From assembly GCA_038496445.1 (NCBI GenBank), contig JALMLS010000573.1, positions 124,001 to 188,000 of the forward strand: 64,000 bases of DNA, read 5' to 3'. A program made the position numbers and the translations under genes. The stretch's first letter is position 1. Every line of letters starts with the position of its first letter. The stretch is from Trichosphaerium sp. ATCC 40318 (Eukaryota > Protista > Tubulinea). Below are positions 15,901 to 27,415 of this stretch, piece after piece. The notes beneath the pieces were generated by a model. That model saw only the letters and a list, made by a program, of their open reading frames with translations. It had not been told where the DNA came from and did not search any database.

Positions 15901-18630
15901 GGCATTGGCTTTGAGTAAGAGCAATACAACTTCATTATGTCCATTCCGTGCTAAATAGTAGAATGAGATATGCATCTTATCATGTCATGTCACCTGCATG
16001 TATTAAACCTGTCATTCCATCTTCATCAACAAAATCAACATTGGCGTTGGCTTTGAGTAATGTTGATACAACTTCATTGTGTCCTCCTTGTGCTAAATAG
16101 TAGAGTGAGATGTGTGTTGTATCTCATCATATCATGTTACCTGCACATATCAAAGCTGTTCTTCCATATTCATCAACAACATCAATATTAGCGTTGGCTT
16201 TGAGTAATGTTGATACAACTTCATTGTGTCCTCCTTGTGCTAAATAGTAGAATGAGATGTGTGTTGTATCTCATTATATCATGTCACCTGCATGTATTAA
16301 AGCTGTCATTCCATATTCATCAACAACATCAATATTGGCGTTGGCTTTGAGTAATGTTGATACAACTTCATTGTATCCTTCTTGTGCTAAATAGTAGAAT
16401 GAGATGTGTGTTGTATCTCATTATATCCATGTCACCTGCATTTATTAAAGCTGTCATTCCATCTTTATCAACAACATCAACATTGGCATTGGCTTTGAGT
16501 AAGAGCAATACAACTTCATTATCTCCATTCCATGCTAAATAGTAGAATGAGATATGTACATGCTGTATCGTATTATGTCATGTTACCTGCATATATTAAA
16601 GCTGTCTTTCCATTTTTACCAACAGCATCAATATTTGCATTGGCGTTGAGTAAGATTGATACAACTTCATTGTGTCCTTTCCATACTAAATAGTAGAATG
16701 AGATATGTACATGTAGTATCTCATCATGTCATGTTACCTGCATACATTAAAGCTGTCATTCCATTTTCATCAACAGCATCAATGTTGGCGTTGGCGTTGA
16801 GTAAGATTAATACAACTTTGTTGTGTCCTTCTTGCGCTAAATAGTGGAGTTAGATATGTACATGTTGTATCTCATCATATCATGTTACCTGCATATATTA
16901 AAGCTGTGTTTCCATTTTTAGCAACAGCATCAACACTAGCATTGGCGTTGAGTAAGAGCGATACAACTTCATTGTGTCCTTTCCATGCTAAATAGTAGAA
17001 TGAGATATGTACATGTTGTATCTCATCATATCATGTTACCTGCATGTATTAAAGCTGTCATTCCATCTTTTCCAACAGCAATATTGGCGTTGGCTTTGAG
17101 TAATGTTGATACAACTTCATTGTGTCCATTCCATGCTAAATAGTAGAATGAGATAAGTACATGCTGTATCTCATCATGTCATGTTACCTGCATGTATTAA
17201 GGCTGTGTTTCCATATTTATCAACAACATCAACATTGGCGTTGGCTTTGAGTAAGAGTGATACAACTTCACTGTGTCCTTTTTGTGCTAAATAGTAGAAT
17301 GAGATATATACATGTTGTATCTCATCATATCATGTTACCTGTATGTATTAAAGCTGTCTTTCCATCATCATCAACAATATCAATGTTGGCGTTGGCGTTG
17401 AGTAAGATTGATACAACTTCATTGTGTCCATTCCATGCTAAATAGTAGAATGAGATATGTACATGCTGTATCTCATCACATCATGTTACCTGCATACATT
17501 AAAGCTGTTATTCCAAGTTTATCAACAGCATCAATGTTGGCGTTGGCGTTGAGCAATGTTGATACAACTTCACTGTGTCCTTTTTGTGCTAAATAGTAGA
17601 ATGAGATATGTACATGTTGTATCTTATCATGCCATGTTACCTGCATGTATTAAAGCTGTCATTCCATATTTATCAACAACATCAACATTGGCATTGGCGT
17701 TGAGTAATGTTGATACAACTTTATTGTGTCCTTCTTGTGCTAAATAGTAGAATGAGATATGTACATGTTGTATCTCATCATATCATGTTACCTGCAAGCA
17801 ATAAAGCTGTCCTTCCATTTTTACCAACAGCATGAATATCGGCGTTGGCTTTGAGTAAGATTGATACGACTTCATTGTCTCCTTTCCATACTAAATAGTA
17901 GAATGAGATATGCACACGTTGTATATTATCATGTTATGTTACCTGCATACATTAAAGCTGTCATTCCAAGTTTATCAACAGCATCAATGTTGGCGTTGGC
18001 GTTGAGCAATGTTGATACAACTTCATTGTGTCCTTTTTGTGCTAAATAGTAGAATGAGATGTGTGTTGTATCTCATTATATCATGTCACCTGCATGTATT
18101 AAAGCTGTCAGTCCATATATATCAACAACATCAACATTGGCGTTGGCGTTGAGTAAGCTTGATACAACTTCATTGTGTCCTTTTTGTGCTAAATAGTAGA
18201 ATGAGATATGTACATGTTGTATCTTATCATGCCATGTTACCTGCATGTATTAAAGCTGTCATTCCATATTCATCAACAACATCAATATTGGCGTTGGCTT
18301 TGAGTAATGTTGATACAACTTCATCGTGTCTTTTTTGTGCTAAATAGTAGAATGAGATAAGTACATGTTGTATCTCATCATATCATGTTACCTGCATGTA
18401 TTAAAGCTGTCATTCCATCTTTATCAACAGCATCAACATTAGCGTTGGCATTGAGTAATGTTGATACAACTTCACTGTAGCCATTTGTTGCTATACTTTG
18501 TCAACTATTTGCTTACCAAGCATTACAAACCTGCAAAAGAAAACACAATTTCAATTATGGGGAGATGGATGTTGTGGGTTGGTTCTTGCTGTTCAAAATG
18601 TTGGTTTTTGTCATTCTGCGATTCTGTCAT
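12915..18630 (-). CDS. 21-ankyrin-repeat protein with central unknown domain, PARP-like ADP-ribosyltransferase domain and C-terminal coiled coil
   Basis: Exon 1 MTESQNDK...IVFSFA (18630-18531). 21 ankyrin exons (18490-15396). PARP motifs MVHGTS, GYYGQGIYFT, LVTPGNVYP, GYQSHY, YDELVV. Acidic duplication and coiled-coil tail. Confidence 0.85.
13279..13419 (-). repeat. 66-bp in-frame tandem duplication in acidic linker
   Basis: EQTEDQASKVDTDGSAGKLSDD / EQTEDQTSEVDTDGSAGELSDD. Confidence 0.85.
15396..18490 (-). repeat. Tandem array of ~151-bp units, each a 99-bp ankyrin exon plus a ~43-52-bp phase-1 intron (21 exons, 20 introns)
   Basis: The acceptor motif (CTAAATAGT on +) recurs 20 times from 15498 to 18340. 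Minus-strand intron GTAAC/GTGAC...TATTTAG. Exon consensus AQKGHNEVVSTLLKANANIDVVDKYGMTALIHA. Confidence 0.95.
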
Positions 18631-19297
18631 GACGTGTTGTCACCTTGAGGTTATCACAAAGCAGTATTAAGTCGGTGATACCTTGATACATGAGATTTTT
18701 CAGTGAAGTGTTTTTGTAATTTGGTTTGCGTTCTGGTTTGGGTTTTTTTTTTAACCGCTTGGAGACCTTCAATCGCTCGAAAGTGGAATACTCTTTTGCG
18801 GGCTATTTTTTACCCCGATAGGCAAGCACAAAGGATATTATCATAATGCCGTTATTGTAACCAGACAGAATTAGCATTATTATAACACGCCAAAATACAA
18901 GAATGTTGTGCTGTTGTATCTTTTCGGCTGTAAAAAATGTTGTTGCTTACTTTATTCCAGGTGGAGATTTTATTCGCTTTATTTTGTTTTTCTATCTATG
19001 CTGGTTTCACCTGCTGATTTTTAGATGTCACGTACACGCTATCGTACAATGAGCAACTCGTAGTGGAGGTAGCAACAAGTTCGTAACAACTAACGCACTA
19101 ACGGCAGAAAGGGCTGCATAACACGGTTTACAGGTTAAAGGAATTGTTACGAAGCGTTTTTATTACACGCACGTGATTTTTGTAAAACCACCACATACTT
19201 GTTTCGTTATATTTTTAAGTACCTACCTGTATTGGCGTGTACAAAGCGTACAGTAATATTGATTGTGTTTACTTCGGGCTAGAAAAAAAAAAATAAG

Positions 19298-19624
19298 AGG
19301 ACTAGTAACGCTCCGTCAAAACGGCTCAAAACAGCTGGAAGGTTCTCCCAGACGCAAAAATATCGCTACCAGAGTGTTTACGAATATCAGGCCCTAACTT
19401 GGATTTTGAGCGCATTCAATCTAACAGCGTGCTCACCTACAAAACAAGTCTATCTACATTTAATAAAAAAAAACAATTGGAACCACGTGTTTTACCATAC
19501 GGAAGAAAAGCGGAAACAACTTGCACAACTCCAAACAGCCAATCCGAACTATAATACATCGTGGAACACACCAATCAAACCTAAAGAGGTCATGAAATTA
19601 ATGAGGGCCCTGCGTTTATCGTAG
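19298..19624 (+). CDS. Possible terminal exon of a hypothetical protein
   Basis: About 108 open codons (RTSNAPSKRLK...MRALRLS) with no recognisable motif. Confidence 0.25.
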   Translation, partial: RTSNAPSKRLKTAGRFSQTQKYRYQSVYEYQALTWILSAFNLTACSPTKQVYLHLIKKNNWNHVFYHTEEKRKQLAQLQTANPNYNTSWNTPIKPKEVMKLMRALRLS

Positions 19625-20476
19625 GGTAGAGCTGTTAGCAAATGGAAGAAAGTAAATCCGTACTGGTTGGGCTTTTGAACAGAAACTTCTCAAACACGGT
19701 AGCGAGTATTGTAATTGCATGGTTTGTGTTAACGTGTAGTTTTTAGTCTAAAAGCCATCGTAGCTTTTTTTATTCCCCTTCAGCTCTTTGATGCGTTTGT
19801 GTAGCGAGCACCTGATAAAATACTATGGTCATTTTGCTTGAGTTATTTCGTTGCGTTGCAATTGAAACATTACTTGCACTTACGGTACATAAGGTCATGT
19901 GATAGTACACATTGCTGATGGACCCTGCATCCTAAACACTAGTGACATGTAAACAGGTTCACATTGTACTAGTTCCCAGAACTGTCAAGTCTTGTAAGGT
20001 CTGAAAGAAGTTGTAAGTTTTTGCCAGAAATAGAAACTGGTTAGAGTTCTAACACTCTCAGTTGACTTGCTTCTATCAACTAACCAAGGAACATTAACTA
20101 AGACGATGTTGGGAGGAAGATAAAATGTCTTGTGGCTCTAGTGCAGCGCCAAGCATTTGTTATATTATACAAGAACACTTGGAAAATAAAAGAAAGGTGT
20201 TTACAGTTTTTTAAAAACAAATTGAAAAGGAAATTTTTGGGTGGGAAGTGGGTGATTGCTGCTCGAGCCATGTTGTTTAAGCTTTGTCGGTTGTTGTTGT
20301 TGTTGATTTATACGAAGTCAACTGAAGTTTACCCAAACGTCTGTAACGGAGTCCCATGCTTATTTCTCAGCGCCCTCTTTTCAACTTTCTCTGATATAAG
20401 CATAATATCACGGTTGTAAGTTTGAGGCGCACCACAATGAATTTAGCATTTACCAACAAAGCTGTGGAAACACTAG

Positions 20477-20570
20477 TATTGTCCGTATCATTCAAGTTTG
20501 CGACAGGTTTGGCAGAAGATCTTGCAAGAACTAACAAAACTGACAGATCTTGTAAGTTCTGCTAGTTCTT
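20477..20570. mobile_element. Truncated left end of the TA-flanked MITE family
   Basis: TA-TTGTCCGTATCATTCAAGTTTGC... matches 28193 onward and abuts the LRR pseudogene. Confidence 0.8.
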
Positions 20571-21485
20571 GAGATGCTATGTTAGACCATATTTCAGGTG
20601 TACGTAACCTTGCACTACAGATAGATGATGTGCATAACCTTTGTGATTTGCATAATGGACTTACGTCACTATGTGGTATTCATACACTAGACTTATCGCG
20701 TACATACAATAAATGTTGCTATGACTGATATAACAGACAAAGGATTGGTAATGCTTTCTGGAGTCCACACTATTGATTTATCCAATTGCTATCACGTTAC
20801 TGACCATAAAAATACAGTTTGCATATTGTGATATTACTGATAAAAGTTAACAAATGCAAGTTTCATATCTTTTACTGATTGCGAGAAAATTACTGATGAA
20901 GGAGTAAAGTATTTATTGACACAAAATCAAATAACAAAGAAGATTAAAAAAAATAAGCTTGATCACTGCACTCAAATATTACACTAAAGCTGTTGGCAGG
21001 TATACCATGTACAGAACTATATGGGTGTACACAACTAAGAGATGATACTGTATCAAGGTTAGTAGGAGCACATCATATTGACTTGGGTAAGGGCACATCT
21101 TTAACAAATGATGTGATAAAACAATTGGCAGGTGTAAAAGTCATAAGTACTTCAGATATTGATTGCGTTGAGATAGTACTTTAAAGGCACTCGCTGGAGT
21201 ACATACAATTTTGATTGATTCAACATCTGTGACAGATAAAGGTTTACAATACTTGGTTGGAGTTAAAGTCATAAGCCTTTGTGAGTGTAAGCTTATAACT
21301 GACAACGGAGTGAGCTGTCTTATTGGTGTTAAGAGAATTTGTCTATCAAGCTGCTCACAATCACAGATGATGGTATTGTTAATTTAAAGGGCCTTTATCA
21401 AATTGAATATATGAACACTCAAATAACAGACGAGAACGAAAATCTAGTAGAGGATGTAGAAACAAGAGCTTCTGGCCCAAGTTTT
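20571..21485 (+). pseudogene. 5'-truncated, frameshifted paralogue of the F-box/LRR gene at 44679-46088
   Basis: DAMLDHISGV, EGVKYLLTQNQIT, LLAGIPC, IKQLAGVKVI and ALAGVHTILIDSTSVTDKGL are collinear with the 44.7-46 kb gene but spread across frames. Confidence 0.85.
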
Positions 21486-22234
21486 TTTGTTGCTGACAAC
21501 CCCAACTTTTTTTAGTGTATTCGTCATTGGTGATAGAAAAAGTGGTTGGTTCAGGGAAACTAATGTGCTCTCAATTATAATACAAGTTCTAATTTACAAC
21601 AAATTATTTTACGGTCACGTGAAAAAAAAGCGTTTTGTTTCTTTCTCTGTTGACCCACTGAGTCATGAATAAGAACTTCATCTTTTTTGAGTGATGTCTT
21701 TTGTAGAGGGATTTTCTTTAGTACTCTTCTTTGATAATCCCATTTTTTTTTGCTTGTATTTTGTCATCACTATGGGCATTCAGTACATTGTAACAAGCAA
21801 CAAATGTTTAATTCACTTGATGGCGCACGGAAATTATGAAGGTTATGAGCAATACCCAACTGAAAAATGGGATTATCGATAATCTTGTTTGTGGATATCC
21901 GGTCAGGTTCATACCTTTAGGCTTTTGAACATCAAATTCGGTTTGTATACTGTTGGTTCTAAACCTGCATGCTTTATGTTTAGCGATGGGTAGATGTGAC
22001 AATAACAGAGTAGGCATTAAAAACCTTGTTCGTACGTAATAAATAACAAAAGGTACAAAAACAGCTTTTGTGGCTGGCACTGGTACCGCAGCGTGTCATG
22101 GATGCTTCACGTCTGCAACAGCTGCAAAAGACAACAACCCACTTTTGGCAACGATTTTATAGGTCTAAATAATGCTGCAACTGCTCTGGGTGCTAGTGGA
22201 ATGGACAGTTCTACATTAAAGTTGCTTTCTTGCA

Positions 22235-24518
22235 TTAATTTCTAACATCAACAAGTTCCGACTTTCCGATGAAATCCTCATAGCAGCCACCAAGAAGTTG
22301 TCTAACATCACGGTATATCTCATCTTCAGTTATATTCCAACCTGTAGCCGCAGTCTAAAGCAAATATCGTGAGACAAAACTCTGTAGGGTCGAAAGACAT
22401 TTATGGAAAATACTGTATTTATGGAAACCGTTTTTTGAACGTTACCTTGGTGTATGCCTCAATAAGTACTTCACAAATAACGGTACGTGAGTGATTCCAT
22501 TTATAAAGTAGTTGATCAAGTATACGCGCATCTGAATGCTGAGCTGTGAATGCAGTACCTTAAACAAAAACGTGTTTTAGCTAAAAACAAAAAGCAATGG
22601 AACTCAGATTTTCGTATTGTTATGTGTTTACCTAACAACTCGACACGCATTTCTGTCATTTCTCGTATTATTGAAGGATTATTAAGGTACCACCAACATC
22701 CATATAGATGTAGGTTACGTAGTTTTTGAGAAAGAATAGCAATCTCATGTTGGTTGGAGCGAGAAAGCAAAGTAATAAGAATTTTTACCTAATTTTTTTT
22801 GTTACCAAGTGAAAGAACGTTGCAAGTGATCGAAAACGAGTTTGTGCGCACATACCTTCGGGTTTTGTTTACATAACAGCTTTATGAAATCGCAATTTAC
22901 AGTTTCTAGACCATCACCGCCTCCTCTAGTGAGGTTTAATCGCTAGAAGTTCACTTGTTTTTGTTTTTGTTTTGAAATCACGAACCTTAACCCAGGATTT
23001 AGTCCTCTTTCGGCGCCTACCTTTAAAGCTAAAGGAAGGGAATATTCAACAGCGAGAGGAAACAGAACTTGGTCTAAACAGTATAGTCAGTAAAGATTTT
23101 TAGTATTTTCTAATGTACTGAGCAAGTTGTTTATTCTGGCATCTTTTGATGGGTACACGAATTTTGCTGGTGTTGACGCCATAAAGTATTCGGGTTTTAG
23201 AATCTAAATGTGATCAGGAAAACCACGATAGATGTGTAATCCACGTACCCCTATCCATTCTTTTAAGAATTCTTTTAGACCATCAAGTGTTTCTTCATAT
23301 CCATCTCTTTTCAAAGCTGCCTTTAGCGATGTTAGTCATACACAGAGTATGCTGGAATTGTTTAGCTTTAACGGCCTTACCTTGATAGTATCCCAATCGC
23401 CGTTCAAGAGTTGATCGACACGGAGAGCTGTCTTCAACTGAGGTGGTACAGGTTTCTTTTGCCTGAAGTATGATGCTATATAAAGAAGATTAAGAGAAGC
23501 AATCTTGATTGTACCAATAGTAAAGAGTGCACTAACCTTCTTCGTCATTAAATGGTACGTTTGTCATTACAGCATACTGAACGTTTGCTTTTTTGAACAC
23601 AAGAGACAAATAGTCGCATGGGTTTTGCTTAGAGAACCATTTTCTTATAGAAACCAAGTCACGGTCTTTTACTTCTTTGTCCAGACCAAGAGACTTTAGA
23701 GTTGTGAGAATACCTGAAAATAGAATAAGTGAGAAACGATATGGGAAAACAGTTGCGAAATAAAATAGCGATAAGCCATTAACAGTAAGTTGTATCTACC
23801 TCGTTGTGCTTCTGATATAGGAGACCTCTAATCGTGCGTATTAGAACGTAACAGAAAAGTTCGCTTTTTGTTTATGTTTTTTTTGTTTGTATCACGTGAT
23901 AAAACGTCGTACCTTTACAAATAGCGCATCCCAAATCAAATCAGCTTGCTGTTCTTTAGACATTTCGAAAAACATGTCATAAGACAATTCTTCTGGAGCT
24001 ACCTTTTGATAACACGTGAATAATCATGTGACAAAAAATATTCGCATGTTGGGAACGCTACACATAAAAACCAAACAAGTAGAAGGCAATACAGCAAAAG
24101 TAACAAAGGAAGACTTTTAAGACGAAGAAAAAAATTCCAAAACTATTTCGTCAACAAAAAAGGCCTGGAAACAAAGTAGAGATTTTTTACAAACGGTTTT
24201 TTAGTGTTTTACGCTTAATCGGATCCTTATAGATGAGAATAAAGCGTAAACAAGCGTCTTTTTCACAAAAACGTGTCATGTCAACAGACGTACCATAAAG
24301 AACTCAGATACTAGATAATGGTACGTAAGTAGCTCGTCTATACCATATAGCATGAGTTTACCATGTTCTGGTGGAAATAAATGAGTGTGTAAGTCCTAGT
24401 ACGTTATAGTAAGTACAACAGCGTCTTCTCAACTCCAGAAAGAGCGTACAATACATGGGACTTCCATGAATGCCTTACGAACAGTTGAGGATATTTGGTC
24501 GCTTGTGAGAGCGGTCAT
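22235..24518 (-). CDS. uxaC: Glucuronate/uronate isomerase (amidohydrolase fold, divergent bacterial BH0493-like type), ~11 introns
   Basis: DLHTHLFPP, GIDELLTYHYLVSE, RSPISEA, ALRVDQLL, LHLYGCWWYLNNPSII, QHSDARILDQLLYKWNHSR. Confidence 0.88.
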
Positions 24519-24838
24519 AACGGTTTTAGAATTATTATGAAGTCAAGTTTGAAGATAAGATGACCAACTTCTTAGGTAATATTTTTTTCCTTTTCTAAGC
24601 ACGTAGATTTCGATGACCATCTGTCTTGTTCATCTGTCACTTGCAGTGTAATGATATTGTTCGTAGCCCCAAGCTGTTCCGATCAGTTAAAACGTTGGAT
24701 TGACTATACCTTAAGACAGCTCACCTAAATTAACACGTGTACAATCGAACTAAAATTTACAACAAAACCAATAAATTTTTCAGGTAACCTCAAAACCCTC
24801 TGCATAAGATAAGGCTCAAAAACGATCTTTATTGCTGC

Positions 24839-25790
24839 TTACATAATTTGACACTTCTTCTTCTCCTTATCTGGCATGCCATTGGCCTAATGGTATTCTT
24901 CAACTAATTCACCATTGCTAGACAAGTTACTCTCCTTCTATCTCACCATTTACATAGGTATATGTGTACCATACTTGACCACCTGTACTGACATGTCCTT
25001 CTTTTTTACCACCAACACTACAACAAAGTTCTAGTATCTGGCCATCCGATTAGAGATGGCAGAAATACCGGTCCGAACCGGTTCCGGACCGAAATGCAAA
25101 AGACCGGTCCGTAAACGGTCCAACGCTGTCAAAGGGAGTACCCTTGGAAAATCGGAAAAATAGCCGAAAAAGGACTTTTTGTCAAAGGGTACTCCCTTGG
25201 ATTTTTATCCGTCCAAACGGTCCCTGTCACAGAATCTCAGAACCCTCCATCTATTGACCTACTCACTGTGTGCATGCACATAAGGTGGCTGTACACTTTT
25301 TGTGGCAGGTTTGACTATCACCACTTTTTTTTTTTCATACACCTAAAATAGTTTAGATGCTATAATTTCGCGTAAGTAATGCACTTGATATGTTGTTCTA
25401 TATTGAAACCGGACCGGTATCGGACCGGTATTTGCCACCTCTACATCCGATACCACTTCTGCATTTTCCCTTCCGTTTTTCCATCAACATATGTACAAAC
25501 TTCTAATGCCAGTAGCACAATTGTATTTCTTAAGCTCTCCCTCTAGTTACCATCAACATAGACTCATCTCTCAAGACCTCCTGCGGCATTGTTTACATTC
25601 GCCGCGTTTTATACCATGTTTCCAGTTCCAATTTCAAAGTACCATTTGCCGTGTTTTTCCCAGTTTTCATCAAACCTAGTTGATGTCGCTGCAGCTTTAC
25701 ATGTCAAGGACCATTTTGATATATTTCATTGTCTACATCGGTAATATAAAGGTATAGCTCCTGTGGCAAGTGTAGTATATGAGCTGCCAT
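24839..25790 (-). pseudogene. F-box-like plus MORN-variant repeat pseudogene interrupted by a hAT MITE
   Basis: MAAHILHLPQELYLYI start; GNWKHGIKRGECK and YVDGKRKG-type repeats with stops and frameshifts; ends KKKCQIM* (CaaX-like). Resembles the gene at 59987. Confidence 0.7.
25051..25443. mobile_element. hAT-type MITE (393 bp) with perfect 8-bp TSD
   Basis: TSD CATCCGAT at 25043-25050 and 25444-25451. TIRs TAGAGATGGCAGAAATACCGGTCCGA / TCGGACCGGTATTTGCCACCTCTA. Subterminal ACCGG repeats. Confidence 0.92.
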
Positions 25791-26074
25791 TGTACTTATA
25801 AACAAAAGATAGGACGATCGTGATAAAACTGTTTATAGCACTTCGTTTAGCGCTACAGTGACGTACCGCTCAAATTCTAGACCTAGTAAGACACCCACGT
25901 GTCCTAAACAATTTCCCTTTTTCAATGAATAGTTTTGTACATTTGTGTTGGCGCTAAATTTAGATATTTAAACTGGAATATTAAGTCAGGTGTACATTGC
26001 TTCCACCCATTAAAAGCATCGCTTTGGTACAAAACATAGTTCGTTTACACTCGAATAGCATTAAGAAGCCAACA

Positions 26075-27415
26075 ATGGATGAAAACAGTATTAAAGAAGT
26101 ATCTAGCGATTCTGATACCAATAAGGAGCTTTTAGACCTACCAACGGAGATAATAGCTCATTTACTTGAGTTTATAGATCGTTCTAATCGTTTTTCCGTC
26201 TCTCAAAGCTGTAAACGATTATCGGATATCATACACCAGCACGTTGGCTACTATTTTATTGTATTTCAATCATACGACACCAAGTCGCAGTTTTCTCAGC
26301 TTCAAGGTAGTCCGCTATTAAATAACACAAGCATAGTCCTTTCATTTGCACAAGATGAACATCTCAAGCAACTTGCAGGTGTTAAAAATCTTTCAATTCG
26401 TCAAAGCGGGATATCAGACACAGGATTAAACTATTTGTGTGGTGTACAGGATCTTACTCTATCTAATTGTACAGATACAACAGAAAAAGGATTAAAACCA
26501 GTAGTACGACACCTCAAATCCATTTGCTTGTATGCTACGCCAGGATTGACAGCAGAGGGATTGAAGTTACTGTCTGGGATACCAAACATCGATATACGTG
26601 AATCCCCAGTCGTAGATGATGATGTTCTAGTTTCATTATCAGGAGTATATACTATAGATTTGCGTAAGTGCTACCTCATATCAGACGCTGGTATTTCAGC
26701 TCTAGCTGGCGTTCACACCATTAATTTAAGTGAAACAAACGTGACAGACAAAGGTGTTGCAGCTTTGGCAGGTGTTCACACTATCAAGCTTTGTAAGTGC
26801 CTAGGGATCACTGGAACATGTATGAAAAGCCTTGCAGGTGTACACACTATATATCTATCGCATACAAACGCAACAGATGATTGGATTACACCACTGTCGG
26901 GTGTGCATGAAATAATTCTTAATGGCTGTCAACAGATCACTGGAACCTGTATGAAAAGTCTTGCGGGTGTACACATTATAGGACTAGCAGAAACCAACGC
27001 AACAGACGATTGGATTAAGCCACTGTCGGGTGTGCATGAAATAAGTCTTAGTAATTGTCATCATATCACTGGAGAATGTATGAAATACCTTTCAAGTGTA
27101 CATACTATATGTCTATCAGAAACGAATGCAACAGATGATTGGCTTAAGCCTCTACATGGTGTGTATGAAATTGATATCTCATCATGTAGTAATATCACCT
27201 TGGAGTGTATGAAGTACCTTAAAGACGTACACATTGTTGATTTATCATTCTCAAAAGCAACAGATGATTGGCTTGCCCAACTCTCTAGTGCAAAGTTAAT
27301 TTGGTTATTTAATACTCCTGGAATTACAGATAACTATTGTAAGGTATTAGGAAGTAAAGGAGTCACAATAATGGGAAAACCGGGTATGAACACCCTACCT
27401 TCATCCTTCACTTAA
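26075..27415 (+). CDS. Intronless F-box plus leucine-rich-repeat protein
   Basis: F-box LLDLPTEIIAHLLEFID...VSQSCKRL. Repeated LAGVHTIxLSxT/C units, with a 44-aa unit repeated 3-4 times. Confidence 0.9.
   Translation: MDENSIKEVSSDSDTNKELLDLPTEIIAHLLEFIDRSNRFSVSQSCKRLSDIIHQHVGYYFIVFQSYDTKSQFSQLQGSPLLNNTSIVLSFAQDEHLKQLAGVKNLSIRQSGISDTGLNYLCGVQDLTLSNCTDTTEKGLKPVVRHLKSICLYATPGLTAEGLKLLSGIPNIDIRESPVVDDDVLVSLSGVYTIDLRKCYLISDAGISALAGVHTINLSETNVTDKGVAALAGVHTIKLCKCLGITGTCMKSLAGVHTIYLSHTNATDDWITPLSGVHEIILNGCQQITGTCMKSLAGVHIIGLAETNATDDWIKPLSGVHEISLSNCHHITGECMKYLSSVHTICLSETNATDDWLKPLHGVYEIDISSCSNITLECMKYLKDVHIVDLSFSKATDDWLAQLSSAKLIWLFNTPGITDNYCKVLGSKGVTIMGKPGMNTLPSSFT

Noticed and set aside
15396-18490. 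CRISPR array or non-coding satellite
   Set aside because: There are no unique spacers: whole units are homologous. They resolve into GT-AG introns and open ankyrin exons on the minus strand, and no cas genes are present.
15619-18670. Repeated 62-aa plus-strand ORFs (MIQLHCV...) as a peptide family
   Set aside because: They are antisense shadows of the ankyrin exon/intron unit. They start at non-ATG codons and are broken wherever intron length changes.
11528-20477. Composite transposon carrying the ankyrin-PARP gene between two MITE ends
   Set aside because: The ends face the wrong way (a right end, then a left end), so the gene lies outside both elements.
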